Assembly (NCBI GenBank): GCA_964016885.1
Contig: OZ024742.1
Span: 278,194,001 to 278,258,000 of the forward strand
DNA from: Eledone cirrhosa
Lineage: Eukaryota
Direction: 5' to 3'
DNA length: 64,000 nucleotides
Below the pieces are notes generated by a model, which was not told the DNA's origin, did no database searches, and was given only the letters and a program-made list of their open reading frames with translations. The position numbers and the translations under genes were made by a program. Below, in pieces: positions 29,388 to 43,634 of this stretch. Numbering within the stretch: position 1 is the stretch's first letter; each line of letters starts with the position of its first letter.

Positions 29388-30450
29388 ATGTTGGTAGTGA
29401 TGTTGATGATGATGATGAGGATTTACTGCTGCTGCTGCTGCTGATGATGATGATGATGTTGATGTGATGTTGATGACGATGACGATGATAAGCAAGCCTA
29501 AAATTAATAGAAATAAATTAAAATTCTAGCAACAACTCAACAAGAAGGACAACAACAAACACAACATTTTATAAACGCAATACAAAACATGGCAAGCAAT
29601 TATTTGTTCGTGTCATATGATGGGGCATGTGGTGGTGTTGATGATGGTAGAGGTGTGGGTGGAGCTAGTTGTGGTAGTAATGGAGATAGGAGGGTGAGGG
29701 TTAGAGGAAGTCGTGGTAGTTAGGACATTTCAATTTGAATGGTGGCCTGTTAGTGATGGCTATGATTCTAGTGTGTGAACTTAAGGTGAATGTCTGAATG
29801 GTGATGGAGGTAGTTAGGATGCTGGACGTAGTTATGGTTGTGATGGTGTCTTTGGTGGAGGTTCTTGTAGTGGCTTTCTCTATGGTTGATGTAGCATTCG
29901 TGGATGCGGCTGTGGCTGTGGCGGTGATGGTTATACGGATGCTGATGGTGATAGCACCATTGGTGTTATAGTTACTGATGCTGTTGTTGTTGTTGTTGTT
30001 GTCGTTGTTGTTGTTGTTAGAGCTATAGTTGTGGTAATAGTAGTGGCGGGTTGTATTGTTCTTATAGTAGTTAGTTGTTCTCGACATTTATTAATCGGTA
30101 TTGGAGAGCATTAACTAAATCAACTCAACACGTGTGTGCGTATACATCATCTGTGAGTGTATGTGTGTGTGTGAGAGTGTGTGTCTCTGTATGTGTGTGT
30201 GAGTTTGTGTGTGTGTGTGTGAGTTTGTGTGTGTGTATGTGTGTGAGTGTGTGTGTGTATGTATGTGCGTTTGTGTGTGTGTGTATGTATGTGCGTCTGT
30301 GTGTGTGTGTATGTATGTGCGTCTGTGTGTGTGCGTATGTATGTGTATGCGTGTGTGAGTGTCTGTGTGTGTGTGTGTGTGTTTGTGTGAGTGTGTGTGT
30401 CCGCGCGTGCGCGTGTGCGTGTGTATGCGCGTGTATGTGTGAGTCTGTAT
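29300..30450. repeat. (GAT)/(GGT)/(GTT) low-complexity sequence and (GT)n
   Basis: Direct reading. Confidence 0.85.
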
Positions 30451-30918
30451 AACTGCCTGTCTACACCTCAACTTCAACTGATTCGAACGTGAAAACAGAA
30501 AAGCAAAAGATAGGTAGACAGAAAGGAAGGAAAGAGGAAAAGAGAGAAAGATTAAGAGAAAAAGAAAGTGACTGTAGAAGGAAAGAACAAAAAGAAAGAA
30601 AGACGAAAGCGATAAAAGAATAAAAGGGAAATGAATGTATGAGAATGAGGAGGAGGGTGGGAGAAATAGATGAAACATTTGAAATAACCTCATACTGTAA
30701 ATACAACCGCTGTAGATGTTCTAATAAGGAAAGCTTATTTACCAGACATTTTGATTTAAAGAAGGATTAGATGGTGGTAGGGTGGTAGTGATAAAAGGAG
30801 AGGTGAGACTGACAAGTGATTAACTGACATATGTCTCATTAACACCTCATATACATAGCTACAACACACACATACACCCACCAAAATATATATATATATA
30901 TATATAGGAACGAGTAGG

Positions 30919-31015
30919 ACCCCGACGGCTGAGCTCAAGCCGTATCGACAGCTAGTTCTGGACTAAATGAACATTTTTTATCCTGGTATATGAATAGCCG
31001 AGCTTCTCAGGGGGT
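30919..31015 (-). ncRNA. Degenerate type I hammerhead (PLE terminal)
   Basis: ACCCC-CUGAGAAG..CGGCUA...UAGCUG-UC-GAUA-CGGCU-UGAGCUC-AGCCG-UC^-GGGGU; core mutated. Confidence 0.65.
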
Positions 31016-33046
31016 AATTCCATATATGGTAAAAGTGATTGTCACAAGGATTGGTCAAAAGTTTGTTGTTGAGACACATAATTCTATCATGGCAATTTGT
31101 GGAAGGAAGGGGTAGTTGAACCTGCCAGTAGAAGAAAGAGGGAGAGGGAGTGGAGGAAACCCAGTCGTGCGTTGATAGTGCCAACTACAGCAGGGCAGGA
31201 GGTCAAGAAAGTATACTAGGGAGGGGGAGGGGGAGGAAGTCGAAACAATAAGTAAATCAATATGGAGTAAATATATAGAAGAATACCAAGAATGTTAAAA
31301 ATATAAAAAAAACAATTTCTGGTTACTATTCCCTAACGACAGCCACGAAGTCTCTCACTGGAACTGCTAAACTATAGAAAAGTTTTACTAGGTGGGACGG
31401 AATTGTAATGAGACCATTTTAAGAGTTAGTAGTAATCAACCGAGTATAACTTACGGTGACAGGTCAACAAGTATGTGTGTGGGGGGGGGGGGGGAGGCAA
31501 CGGGACAACATACTAAAGAAACTACCACGAAATAACAACTTCAGAGTCCCGAGACTAATACGAAATAATTGTTTCTACCCTAAGCACAAGGCTAGCAACC
31601 ACCCAGTGAAAAAAATAAACTAAATAATAATTCAGAATCCCGAAAATGAATACTAATACTATCTCTAAGGGTGCCGCTACGATACAAAAATTCTAGTGCA
31701 AACTACATAAATGCTCGTACGAAGTATATGAAAAATTTGATACGGAAAATTAATTCGGAATCCCCCCCCCCCCCCCCCCCCCCAAAAAAAAATACTGATA
31801 TACGAGAAATTAAATAGAGATACCACTAAAAAATGTAGAAAGCACGGAAATAGGGCAACCATCGGATAAGAAAGCAAGTATCTGGGGTCTATCACATCTG
31901 CAATAAAAAGAGGAGTCGGCCAATTCTATCATAGAATGGGGGATGGGGGTGGGGGGTACTGAGGCTACAAAGTACCGAGGAGCTGCCTCGGGTGGGCGAG
32001 AAAGTGAAAAGGACGACGACAAAGAAGGAGGACTGGGGTGGAAGGACAAGGAAGAGATGGGGGGAAGAAGGAAATATAGAGGAAACGATAAAAAGATATA
32101 AAAGAAGATCTTACGTCTACCTTTGCAAGCAGGGGTTATCCATTACAAAGTCGGCAAGTGGGGTGTTACAGCCCTTGTCTACCCCCCCCCCCCGGGTCAT
32201 TATGGGGTTTGAGGGCGAGGTAAGTCCTGCGCAATCTGTGTTTGCATGCAGTTACCAGTTCGTCTTTCTTGTTTAGGAGTTAGTCTGTCGAAAACAGCAT
32301 TTGTAAAGTTTCCTCGGAGCATAAATTGAATAAATTTTCCGTATCAAATTTTTCATATACTTCGTAGAGCATTTATGTAGTTTGCACTAGAATTTTTGTA
32401 TCGTAGCGGCACCCTTAGAGATAGTATTAGTATTCATTTTCGGGATTCTGAATTATTATTTCGTATTAGTTTATTTTTTGAACTGGGTGGTTGATGGCCT
32501 TGTGCCTAGGGTAGAAACAATTATTTCGTATTAGTCTCGGAACTCTGACTTATTATTTCGTGGTAGTTTCTTTAGTATTTTGGCCCCCCACTTGTTGACC
32601 TGTCACCGTAAGTTATACTCGGTTGATTACTACTAACTCTTAAAATGGTCTCATTACAATTCCGTCCCACCTAGTAAACTTTTCTATAGTTTAGCAGTTC
32701 CAGTGAGAGACTTGATGGCAGTCGTTAGGGAATAGTAACCAGAAATTGTTTTTTTTTATATTTTTAACATTCTTGGTATTCTTCTATATATTTACTCCAT
32801 ATTGATTTACTTATTGTTTCGACTTCCTCCCCCTCCCCTCCCTAGTATACTTTCTTGACCTCCTGCCCTGCTGTAGTTGGCACTATCAACGCACGACTGG
32901 GTTTCCTCCACTCCCTCTCCCTCTTTCTTCTACTGGCAGGTTCAGCCACCCCTTCCTTCCACAAATTGCCATGATAGAATTATATGTCTCAACAACAAAC
33001 TTTTGACCAATCCTTGTGACATTCACTTTTACCATATATGGAATTA

Positions 33047-33140
33047 CCCTCTGAAGGGCTCGGCTATTCATATACCAGGATAAACATTTTCATTTAGTCC
33101 AGAACTAGCCGTCGAAACGGCTTGAGCTCAGCCGTCGGGG
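33047..33140 (+). ncRNA. Near-canonical type I hammerhead (PLE terminal)
   Basis: CCCU-CUGAAGG-G..CGGCUA...UAGCCG-UC-GAAA-CGGCU-UGAGCUC-AGCCG-UC^-GGGG; A9 position altered. Confidence 0.7.
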
Positions 33141-33382
33141 ACCTACTAGTTCCTATTACCCACTCTACTACCCTAAGTATTGAGTACTTTGGTGCGTTAT
33201 GGTCCACCTGGTTCCTTACCACATTTCCTTCGTTATATATATATATATATATATATAGTAATAATAATAATTTTGAAGACTAAATCCAAAGAGGGCTCGA
33301 TAAGGATAAATATTTATCAGATATATAAGAACCGTAGGGCAAATATTTATTAAAATAACAGATTAAAATAACAGATCTGTTA

Positions 33383-33438
<56 letters not shown>

Positions 33439-33439
33439 T

Positions 33440-36400
33440 ATACAGGAACAAGTATGACGCCGACGGCAGAGCTCAAGCCGTTTCGACGGCTATTTCCTCA
33501 CTAAACAAGAATTTTTAGCCTAGTAAATAAATAGCCGAACTTCTTATATGGGAAGATAGTAATTGTCGAGAGGAAGGGTAAAAAATCTGTTGTAAAGACA
33601 GATCATGGCATTTTGTGGGGGCGGGGGGGGGGGGGGGGGGCTGAACTTGCGGGTAAAACAAAGAGGGAGTGGGGGAAACCCAGTGAAGCGTTGAAATTGA
33701 AATCTATACAGCAGATTCTAAGGATAGTGTATAAAAGGTCGAAAAAAGTGTACTGGAGAAGAGGAGGGGGGGGGGTGAGTTGGATGAATAGGTAAATCGA
33801 AAGCGAGTAAAAAAAACAACCCATTGTAAAAATAAGGAAATAAATATATAAAAACAATTTCTGGTTACTACTCCATTTCTACAAACACCAAATTTCTCAT
33901 TGGTATTGCTAAGCTATAGAAAAGTTTAATAGGTGGAGAATGGGAAAAATACTAAATACGAGATTGTAGTGAAAGAATTTTATAAAACCGGCTTTACAGG
34001 GGGTCTAACACTGCTGCTATAGATAGTTAGTAATCAGCCAATGCTATCTTACAATGAGAGGTTAATAAGTTGAGAACAAAAATACTAAAATACTATTGCA
34101 AAAATATTAATACTAATACAAAAATACTAATACAAAAATACCACTAAGAAATTTAGAAACCATAGAAATGGAGCAGCAACCAAAAGAAAAAAATTAACTT
34201 GGGTCTATCACATCTGCTATAAAAAGCGTAATCGGCCAATTCTATCTGAAAATTAGAGAGGAGGTTACAGAGGACCGATGGGCTGCATCGGGGTAGGCAA
34301 AAGGTGAAAAAAAGAGACTAGGAAGGAGATCTGGGGTGGAAGGACTAGGAAGAGATGGGGGAAGAAGGAAACATAGAGGAAAAGATAAAAAAGTTACGTC
34401 TACCTTTGTAAGCAGGGGTTACCCCTTACAAAATCGGGAAGTGGGATATCAGCCCTTGTCTACCCCCCACCCACCCCGGGTCATTATGGGGTTTGAGGGT
34501 GAGGTAAGTCCTACGCAATCTGTGTTTGCATGCGGTAACCAGTTCGTCTTTCTTGTTTAGGAGTTGGTCCTTCGAAAACAGCATTTGTAAAGTGTCCTCC
34601 GAGCATAAGTTACACGGACGGCGTCCTCCCGTGTAATAGTTAGCTCTAGACAGTAAGCTCCAAGTGAGATTGTAGGTTATATTATTATCTTTGAGGTCCC
34701 AGATGTGGCCCGAAAGTGTAGTGGCATGTCGCCGGGCCGGGTTTCAGAAAGTATGTTGGTGTTGGTAGAACCGAGTCTTGAAGTCGCAAGCGGTTACCCT
34801 ATATAATCTTTGTTTGAGGTGTCCATCCTCACGTTGCACTGGTAGATCACATTACGATCTCGGCATCTATTGTTGAGGAGGCACATGGATCTATCAGGAG
34901 AGTTACACCTCCTGGTCGGCCCTCCACTGCTGTCTAGGTTATTCTTCCATAGGGGTTGAGTTTTTGTTGTTAGAGGAGACAATGTTTTGTGTGAAGTTAG
35001 GTGTGGTGCTGTAGGTGAGTTTGATGGTGTTTTTGTTGATTATGTTGTGGTAGCGGTGTTGTAGTGGGAAGTGTTTTTCGAGGAGCCTAAAGAAGAATTT
35101 TCCCGATAGGTGTTGTCACTTCGGCGTTGTGGGGAGGATTGAACGACGTTACGTTGCATGAGCGGCGGTATCACCTGCTGGTTCCGCTAATGGAAGCTGG
35201 ATAATAGGATATTTCCTCCTGGAAGCCGCCCCGCTTGTGGGCCTGGTTGTCATAAGGCGCATGTTCGTCGAATATCTGCTCATTAGCGGACAAACGAGAT
35301 ATGCGGAGGGAGATGTGTTTAACCAGGTTATTGGTGATGTTTCTAGGATGGTTCGATCAGCGGTGGATGTAATACAGGTTGTCGTTTGGTTTCCTGTATG
35401 GGTAGTACAGATCATTGTCGAGGTTAAGGGTGACGTCCAGGAAGTTTACTCGGGTTAGGGACGTTTGTAGGGTTATTTTAAATCTCCAGTCCCGGAAGAA
35501 GCTGATTAGTTGTTTACGGACCCAGTCTGTACTACTGGGGTTGTACCCTTTGAGGGTGAGGAGCCCATCATCACGGTACAATCCACCGCCGAATGCAGGA
35601 AACATTTCGGTGCGTTTAAATAGTAGGAATAATCCTATAAGACCTGAGACCTCAGCCGAATCCGTTGCGCCCATACTGACGTCGAAGGTGGAGTCAGGAG
35701 CTCTCTTTATCCATTAGGAGTTGTCGAAAAGTAGGACTGTCTTCCTGGCGTGGATGATGATATTTCTTTCCTGGTCGGTGATGGGCGTGAGTGTTTCGGC
35801 AAAGCCCAAGGCGGCCGTAAAGAGCGGTAAGGTAATATAAGCATAGTAACTCTGTATGTCAAACTGGATGAATTTTGTGTCTCGTTTGTCCTCCATATTG
35901 CTGAACCATGAGATTACTTCCTGGGCGTTGACCCATAGGCTAATGCTCGCGTTTTGCTTAACTTTTGGTATAACGCGGTCTAGGATTTTTTTTACTGATT
36001 CTCCCTATGTCTGACTTCATTTGGTTTATGAGCCTGATGGATGGTTTGCGGTCGAAGTCGGATTTGTGGTCCTTCAGTGTGAAGTAGGGTTTCAGTGCGG
36101 CTGGCGACCCCGGGGCTGGAGGTAATTTGTTGTCCATCTCGATGTATGTCCTCGATACTTGAATGGTTAGCCTTTTTATAGGTGGAGTTTAGGCTGCTCC
36201 TGATCATTGTGTGGTATTTGTCGCGGTTGACGAAGTAGAGGTTTCCAGTTTTGTCCGAGTGCACCATGATGTCGTTGGTGTTTTCATACTCTATTAATTT
36301 GCTCCGGAGTTTTTGTAGGAATCTGTTGTGTCTGGGTTTGAATTTAATGCTCATGACCAGTTCGAAAAGGTCGTTCTGGAAGGGTGAGAGCATAGGGTAC

Positions 36401-36700
36401 GGAGGGGGAGATTTGTAGGTATTAAATCCGAATCTCGCCTTGGTATCTAAGTCCTGATTGTCGCGTTATCTGTCGTAGAAAAAAATTCTCCATCTTAGTC
36501 TTTTCGCAAAGAGGTCAATTTTTGGCCTGAGCATCCGAAGGTAAAGTTTTCTCGGTGGAACTGGGATGTTCTTGGTGGAGGAGTCGATGTTGTGTTTTCG
36601 CATGGTGCGGGTGAAAAAACTTGAGCTGGGCGGAATAGTCTGGATATGGCGTGGTAGGGTCGGAAAGTGGTCTACTACGGAGATAGGAGCTAGATAACGT
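33440..36700 (-). mobile_element. Near full-length Penelope-like retroelement (RT + GIY-YIG), frameshifted
   Basis: ATG at 36603 [22 protein letters not shown]; SDKTGNLY; FIQFDIQSYY; GATDSAEV; GLYRDDGL; NFLDVT; C-terminal RCN..CLL..NVIYQC; about 1 kb 3' region ending in an HHR remnant (33458-33552) and (TA)n. Confidence 0.93.
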
Positions 36701-36812
36701 TATATATATATACATATATATACAGACACACACATATATATACATAATTACAGACACACCCACAAACACAAAATATAAGTATGTATATATATATATACAT
36801 ATACAATGTTTG

Positions 36813-36895
<83 letters not shown>

Positions 36896-37304
36896 ATATA
36901 TACATATACAAATTCTACATAGCTCCTAATACAATAGTAAAACATTCTTCGGGCTATTTTACATCTCTATCTCGGTACCAATCGGCTAGTTTTGAACTCT
37001 CACCCAATCACAACATACACAATATATTTATATATACATATATAAATAACTAAATAATTAATTAAAACATGTATATATGTATATAGGTATACCTCGGGAA
37101 GTCAGAGAGTCCGTCACCTTTTGAATCTAACGTTATCAGTTTGTTGATTTACCATCAGGGCCGCGCATTTTGCAGCGTCAAGCGGCCAAGCCTTATTTAG
37201 GACAGTAAAGTATTTTGTTGATGAAGTCCTCCTTACTGTGAACTTTTTGTTAATTTTTTTTTTTTTTTACTTGGATTTTTATGCTTTATAATATGTGAAA
37301 CAAT

Positions 37305-37492
37305 GTGGGTTGCCAGTATCGGTGGAGGTTCGGACGCCATGCTTTGCAGTACAGAGTTACGCCCCTTTACATTCTGAGTTCAAATCCCGCCGAGGTTAAC
37401 TTTGCCTTTCATCTTTAGGGGGTCGATAAAATAAAGTACCTGTAATGCACTGGGATAATTGCTGGCCTTGTGCCAAAGGTAGAAACAATTAT
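37305..37492 (+). mobile_element. Main SINE
   Basis: Matches family consensus. Confidence 0.9.
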
Positions 37493-37699
37493 TAGATGTA
37501 TTATATCCTGTCTTAAGCTTTGTTCTAGCTTTGGTCAAGAAGTTAAGGGACGAAACACTCGCTTGAGGTTTTTTTCTCTGGAGATCTACTCTCCAACTCC
37601 CCTGAGAGTTTCTTATCACTGACACTACTTGTAGAATGATATAACGAGACGATATTTACATGAGGACTAACCCATGTGTCAATTTACCATGGGCAAGCA

Positions 37700-37735
<36 letters not shown>

Positions 37736-38843
37736 CAGAACGTAGACGTAGACCGTCCCTGAGTCAAATATCTCCAATTTTACTCTTTGTTTGTCTCCGT
37801 GTACCCAGTTTGTGTTTAACATGATTTCTTTATGATTCTTATGCAATACACCTGATGATGTCGCTGGAATTCTACTGGCCATTGAAATATATACAGTGTC
37901 TGCTGGTGAGAAGCAACCGATCACATAATCGTTCGAATGGTGTATCATCAGCATACCCTGCGACACTCCACTTTGTACAGCTCGATTATTGATAGGATAA
38001 GCATTTCTATCTGACCACTATTCTTATGCAGAGCCGCACATACCGAGGTTCGTGAAAATTCTAATCACTGGTGAAACAAGATATCATATTTCTGCGCTCA
38101 ACGACTTCAATATGTGTTAGTTCAACTTCGTACAACATCAGCGGTCACTGGAGTGTGAAGAACAGAGCAAACTGCATAAACCAGAACTTCGACTTTACGG
38201 GGAGTAATGTTTTGTCTATCGTTGAAATTAAGTGCTCAGTCATCTTGATTTTAATTCCCTCACATGTATCATTAAGTAACCCATAATATAAGCCCCCGAC
38301 AAGGGTCACGCAATACAATTTTTGCTTTGAAACGAACCCTTATCAAAAGTATTAAATCACAGGATTTTCTCTCTCGACCTATTATTTTTTACCATAAATC
38401 ACAAACGAAAACTTTCTTTGAGAAGCGCCTCTTCATTTCACGGTCGTGAAATGTTGTATCTCATAAGATGACTTCCATTACAAGCACAAGTTACATAATT
38501 AATATTGTGCACCCAGATGCATTCCTATATGCAGCGATTAGTGCAATACTGTTGTAAAATTATTTGTGGTAAAGAGTATGTAGATCTTACTGTAGTAGCT
38601 TATCGTTAATATATTTACATCAGGTAGGATCCCGAATAGACCCTAGAGAACGGAAACAGATTGTGTTGCACAGACACAAAAGCATTTGCCAGGTCATCCC
38701 AGATCATATTTTAATAATCTATACATTCTGATATATCAGGGTTCCGGGTTTTTGCACCGTATCATTTACATAGCCATTAGCCAACGAAAAAAAATAGGTA
38801 TATCGCATTTACATATACACATACATATATGCACACATATATA

Positions 38844-38930
<87 letters not shown>

Positions 38931-39418
38931 TTCGCATAATAGAGGAAGTATCACCCTCAATTCACTTGCTAATATTAGATGCATTATTTCAGCAATGTTA
39001 TATAATATTGTAAAAGACTAACAACTTATATCTCGGTCTGAGAGTTGAATTCAATTTGGAAAGAAATTTATTTATATACTTATTGCTTTCTATTCTAACG
39101 GATGGCGTCCATTGCTTGGTTTCAGGCGTTTTCTTGGTTTTGGCGGCGGCCATTGCAATTATTCATTGTACACTTCACATTCACTATACCTCGTGCACAA
39201 TAGAACAAACTCACAACCTCAACTTCTCTCTCTCCCTCTCTATCGCCCACTCTGTATGTATGTATTATGTATGTATCAATATATGTATCAATGTCTATAC
39301 GTTTATATGCACATACATGTATATAGCTATTATCGACATAGTTATATAAAAATAAACGTAGAGAATATAAATACATACACCTAGACTTACATAGATATAG
39401 ATATATATGTGTATGTAT

Positions 39419-39495
<77 letters not shown>

Positions 39496-39708
39496 CGTAT
39501 ATCTCTCTTTCAATATATACAGAAACGTAAACATATACGTATATATATGCATAAAGATAATGGGCAGATATATATAAAATATCATATACATATGTATGTA
39601 CATATACTGTATTTATACATGAGACTTTATATAATTGTATCTCTGTGTTTGTCTTTTTTAACCTGGTATATATATATTTATATATATATGTCTGTGTGTG
39701 TGTATGTG

Positions 39709-39824
<116 letters not shown>

Positions 39825-39948
39825 TATATTATATATATGTGTGTATATGTGTGTGTCTGTTTGTGAGTGTGTGTGTGTGTATGTGCTTACGTGACTACAC
39901 AAATAGACTCACGGCTATACAGACACATACACACATACACACACACAC

Positions 39949-39992
<44 letters not shown>

Positions 39993-40390
39993 CTTATAAG
40001 TAAATGGCTTAAAGACACTAAAGCCACTTTGTTCAAGCAAACAAAGAGAACAAAGAAAAAGACAACCAAATCAAAACAAACTCAATATCTTAGTCCTAAA
40101 AAAAATTAAATACGTTTTTACTTCAACATCAATTTATTGTGTCTATATATTATCATTGCGACTATATATACACTGATTATGTCTATATACAATAACGTAA
40201 ACTGCATACGTATATACTACATGAATGCGAATGGGCAAAAGCATAATCATATGAAATGATATACAATGATATAAACAAACCTATATATATGTTTATACAA
40301 CACTATTTCCCATGTCTAACTTCCATATATATATATATATATTAATTTGTCTAGCCCACACCAAAATGCACGCATACATATACAAACCCA

Positions 40391-40459
<69 letters not shown>

Positions 40460-40508
40460 TATATATATATGTATAGATATGTATGCATATATATATATAT
40501 ATATATAT

Positions 40509-40884
40509 ATATGTATTGGAATTTCGTATTTCTTAAGAAATACGGGATGTTTATAAATAAACATTTAGAAAGCCGTAGCTATGCAAAAACACCGGTGGCT
40601 ATCGCCACCTGGTGATGTCCAGCAGAAGCAAGGGAGACAATGGTCGATGCATTTCGAACTGAACTGGTACTCATCGCGACGATCTCACCGGTTCTTGTAA
40701 ATGCTGGACTTGAAAACAGCCAAGAATATATAGTTTTCCTGTCTGTGTAAATGAGGTGGTTAATCTCATTTGCATATGAAGCTGTATAAGTTGGCTCAAC
40801 TTATAATAGAATAGAATTAGAATTTAGCTTCGAGCACAGCTGTATACAGATATGTATTGGAATTTCGTATTTCTAAAGAAATAC
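40509..40884 (-). mobile_element. 341-bp terminally redundant unit with a degenerate HHR
   Basis: 35-bp direct repeat at 40509-40543 and 40850-40884; 40641-40682 (-) reads GUC-gcGAUGA-GuAC..GUuC-GAAA-UGCA-UC^-GAC. Confidence 0.6.
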
Positions 40885-41429
40885 AACAACATATTCTCAA
40901 GTACAGAATGCTTTAGATTCCGTATTGAGCCAAAAAAACTTTCATACAAAGAAGCAGGGGTCTTTAGCACTGTAGTAGTGAGATTTAGAACGGAAGTAGC
41001 AAAACCTTGCTCCCTGAAGTCCTTGTAGAGTAACGAGATCCTGCTATTCCCTTACTACTGCAGACAGACACTAGTAAGGATTCGTGTGCAACAAGTCCCG
41101 CCTGAAATAGCTGTTCCTTGGCTAATAGCAGCAGTCACGGTAGGTCTTGAGGGAAACTCGAAAATCGTCAAGGTCATCCAGGTTTTAAAAAAAAAAACTC
41201 GTCGGGGATGGGATCTGAAATCTTCATCCAAACCACGCAAAGGAATTTAGATGCTATTACCGAGAAAATACAACTCCCAGTAGGCATCATACTACCCAGT
41301 AAGGTATAAGGGAGGAAGAACAAGACCTACAATTGTATTTCGACAAATCATTTTGTGCAACACTAAAATGAAGAGAAGAAAAACACCGCTCCTGAATTAC
41401 CCAGAACTCCGCAGCTACGGATGGGTGAG

Positions 41430-43400
41430 AATTTGATCTACATCAGGTTCTTTGATATGGAGAAATACTGCCCATGCAGTGGTTTTTGCTCCCATTTTGT
41501 GTACACTCTCTGTTGAACTTCATGTTTTACCAGCAATTTGATGTTTTTTGCTGCTTTAATTGCAGAATCACCATCATCTTCAAAATGTACTCCCAATTCT
41601 TCTGCAAACTTCCTACTTTTCTTTGCGACTGATTATAACCTCTTCTTCCTTTCATGAACTGCGACCCTTTTCTTCATCTAATCATCTGTGGTTTTAAGAT
41701 ATTGCTCGAGTCTAATGGTCGATATCCTGTATGAAAGCGCGATATAGATTATTCCTCAACCTCCGTTTTTTTCAGGGAGATGGAGGCGATCCATATCTGC
41801 TTTTGGGTGTTGTATTTTATTACATGTAATAAGTTTCCTGATTTTGGTGTCCATTATCTTAATTTCATTACCGTTCCAATTAATGATATTTAAACTATAG
41901 GTGACAACTAGGATTGGAAGTGTATTTGTGGCAGATAGCTTATTCCTCGAGTTAAGCTCATTTTCAAGACAACACGTAATCTCCGATAGCATTCCTTCCT
42001 ATTCTTTTTTTCATGATGGTATGGTCAATAACTTAGCCTTCATTGACCCCTATATATCTATGGGATTATTTTTGTTCTGGTTCCCTAATTACTGTATTCA
42101 CATCTATTTCCATTTAATTTGTGCTTGTCATTCTGCCTTTCTTGAATGTTGCTTTGGCGCATTATTTTCCCAGTTCAAACTCCATCCCTACATTATTGCT
42201 GAACACAATTAACTGTCATCAGCAGTCCTTCCAATTCATTGTCATTTTTGGCAGACAGCTTCAAATCATCCATATAAAACAGGTAATGTATGGTTTTGCT
42301 GTTTATTTTGTAGCCATGGTTTGTTTTGTTGAGCGCTGAAGACAGCAGTGTGAGTGCCATGCAAAATATTTGCGCAGAAAACTAATCACCTTGAACATAC
42401 CACAGTTAATACATATACGGCAGCTAAAGCTCCATCACTGTGTGACAATGATAGATTTGTATTCCATACAGACATGTTGTATTTCAGGAAGTTTAATATT
42501 ACTGTGGAAATTTTCAGGACATCCAAAGTTTTCGAAATCCATGAGTGGGGAACATTGTTAAATGCTTTCTTATAGTAAATCCAATCAGAACTCAGAATCG
42601 AACGGTTAATGAGGAGTTGGTTTTGCGCCTGAAAGATCCACGGTGAAAACTTTTCTTTTCAATAGGGAAAAGGTGATTTTCATCTATAAATTTATAGATT
42701 GTCTCAGTCAAGATTGAGATGAAAATAATGTATGTTGGGGGTGGGAAAGTGAATAGCCGATAATGTTTTGGAATATTTGTTTCTCTCGATTTTAGAGAGA
42801 GATCGGTTGTACCTTGTACAAACCAATCAGGATTTTTTTTCAGGGTTGCGCATAACTTTTACCAACGTGTCATGGGTAGCAGAGGAGATAATTAGAATTT
42901 TGGCACTTTATCAATGCCTGGTGATTTCCATTTGCTGGCTTTCTCTAGGGCTAACTCCTATCCTTCCATAGTTATATCTTGCTCGTCTGCCTTTTTACAT
43001 TATTGTATTTTTTCCTTCAAGTTCTTTATACATTCTGCATTCGCATTATGAGCGTTTTCTGCACTCCATATAATTTTCCAAAATTCTTCAGTCTAATGAA
43101 TTGAAAGAAGTTCCTTTACTTGAATCGTCTGTGTTCCAGTTTCCCTTTAAATCCTTTTTGCATCTGACATAAACAGCTTATTTTTTCCCGTAAAACCTGT
43201 TTCAATTACAAATCTTCTCGTTCGTAGACATTTCGGGTGTATTTTCTGTTAATTATATTGTTGTAGTCTTTTGTCTTTGACTAAGCCAACTCATCACTCC
43301 TTCTTAGTAACTATTCTTCTCTAAACGACATTGATATACATGGAGTTTGTTGATTTCGACTGTTTGTTTTGACTGGTTGATTTGAAGGCCAGCAACATCA
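41430..43400 (-). pseudogene. Decayed R4/Dong-type non-LTR retrotransposon RT region
   Basis: LNSRNKLSATNT...YSLNIINW...MDTKIRKL...HPKADMDRLHLPEKNGG and PLHGQYF; YMDDLKL and KKAFN-VPH motifs visible on the minus strand. Confidence 0.8.
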
Positions 43401-43634
43401 GACTGTAAATAAATTGATGTCGTCTTTTCTTAGAAGTCCCTACAGATGCTATCAAATATTGTTAAGCTATTTTAGCAGAGCAGAAAGGGGGAAAGGTGAT
43501 ACTATTTATGGTAATTTCTTCTTTGTCGCCATTTTTAGAAAACGTGCAGCTTATGTGAAAATATTAATTAGAAAATTTGAAGAAGTTATTAATATCCCCA
43601 TGCTTCATTGCATTGAGTTACGGCACTTTACATT

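Larger units (their letters stand above)
30906..33235. mobile_element. 5'-truncated PLE with an inverted copy of its 3' region (fold-back)
   Basis: 30907-31756 is inverted relative to 32328-33154; spacer 32100-32325 matches the GIY-YIG end of the PLE at 34390-34610; (TA)n on both sides. Confidence 0.9.

Noticed and set aside
37679-38760. Relatively unique, non-repetitive stretch with short ORFs
   Set aside because: No recognisable domain or convincing splice structure; needs BLASTx or RNA-seq
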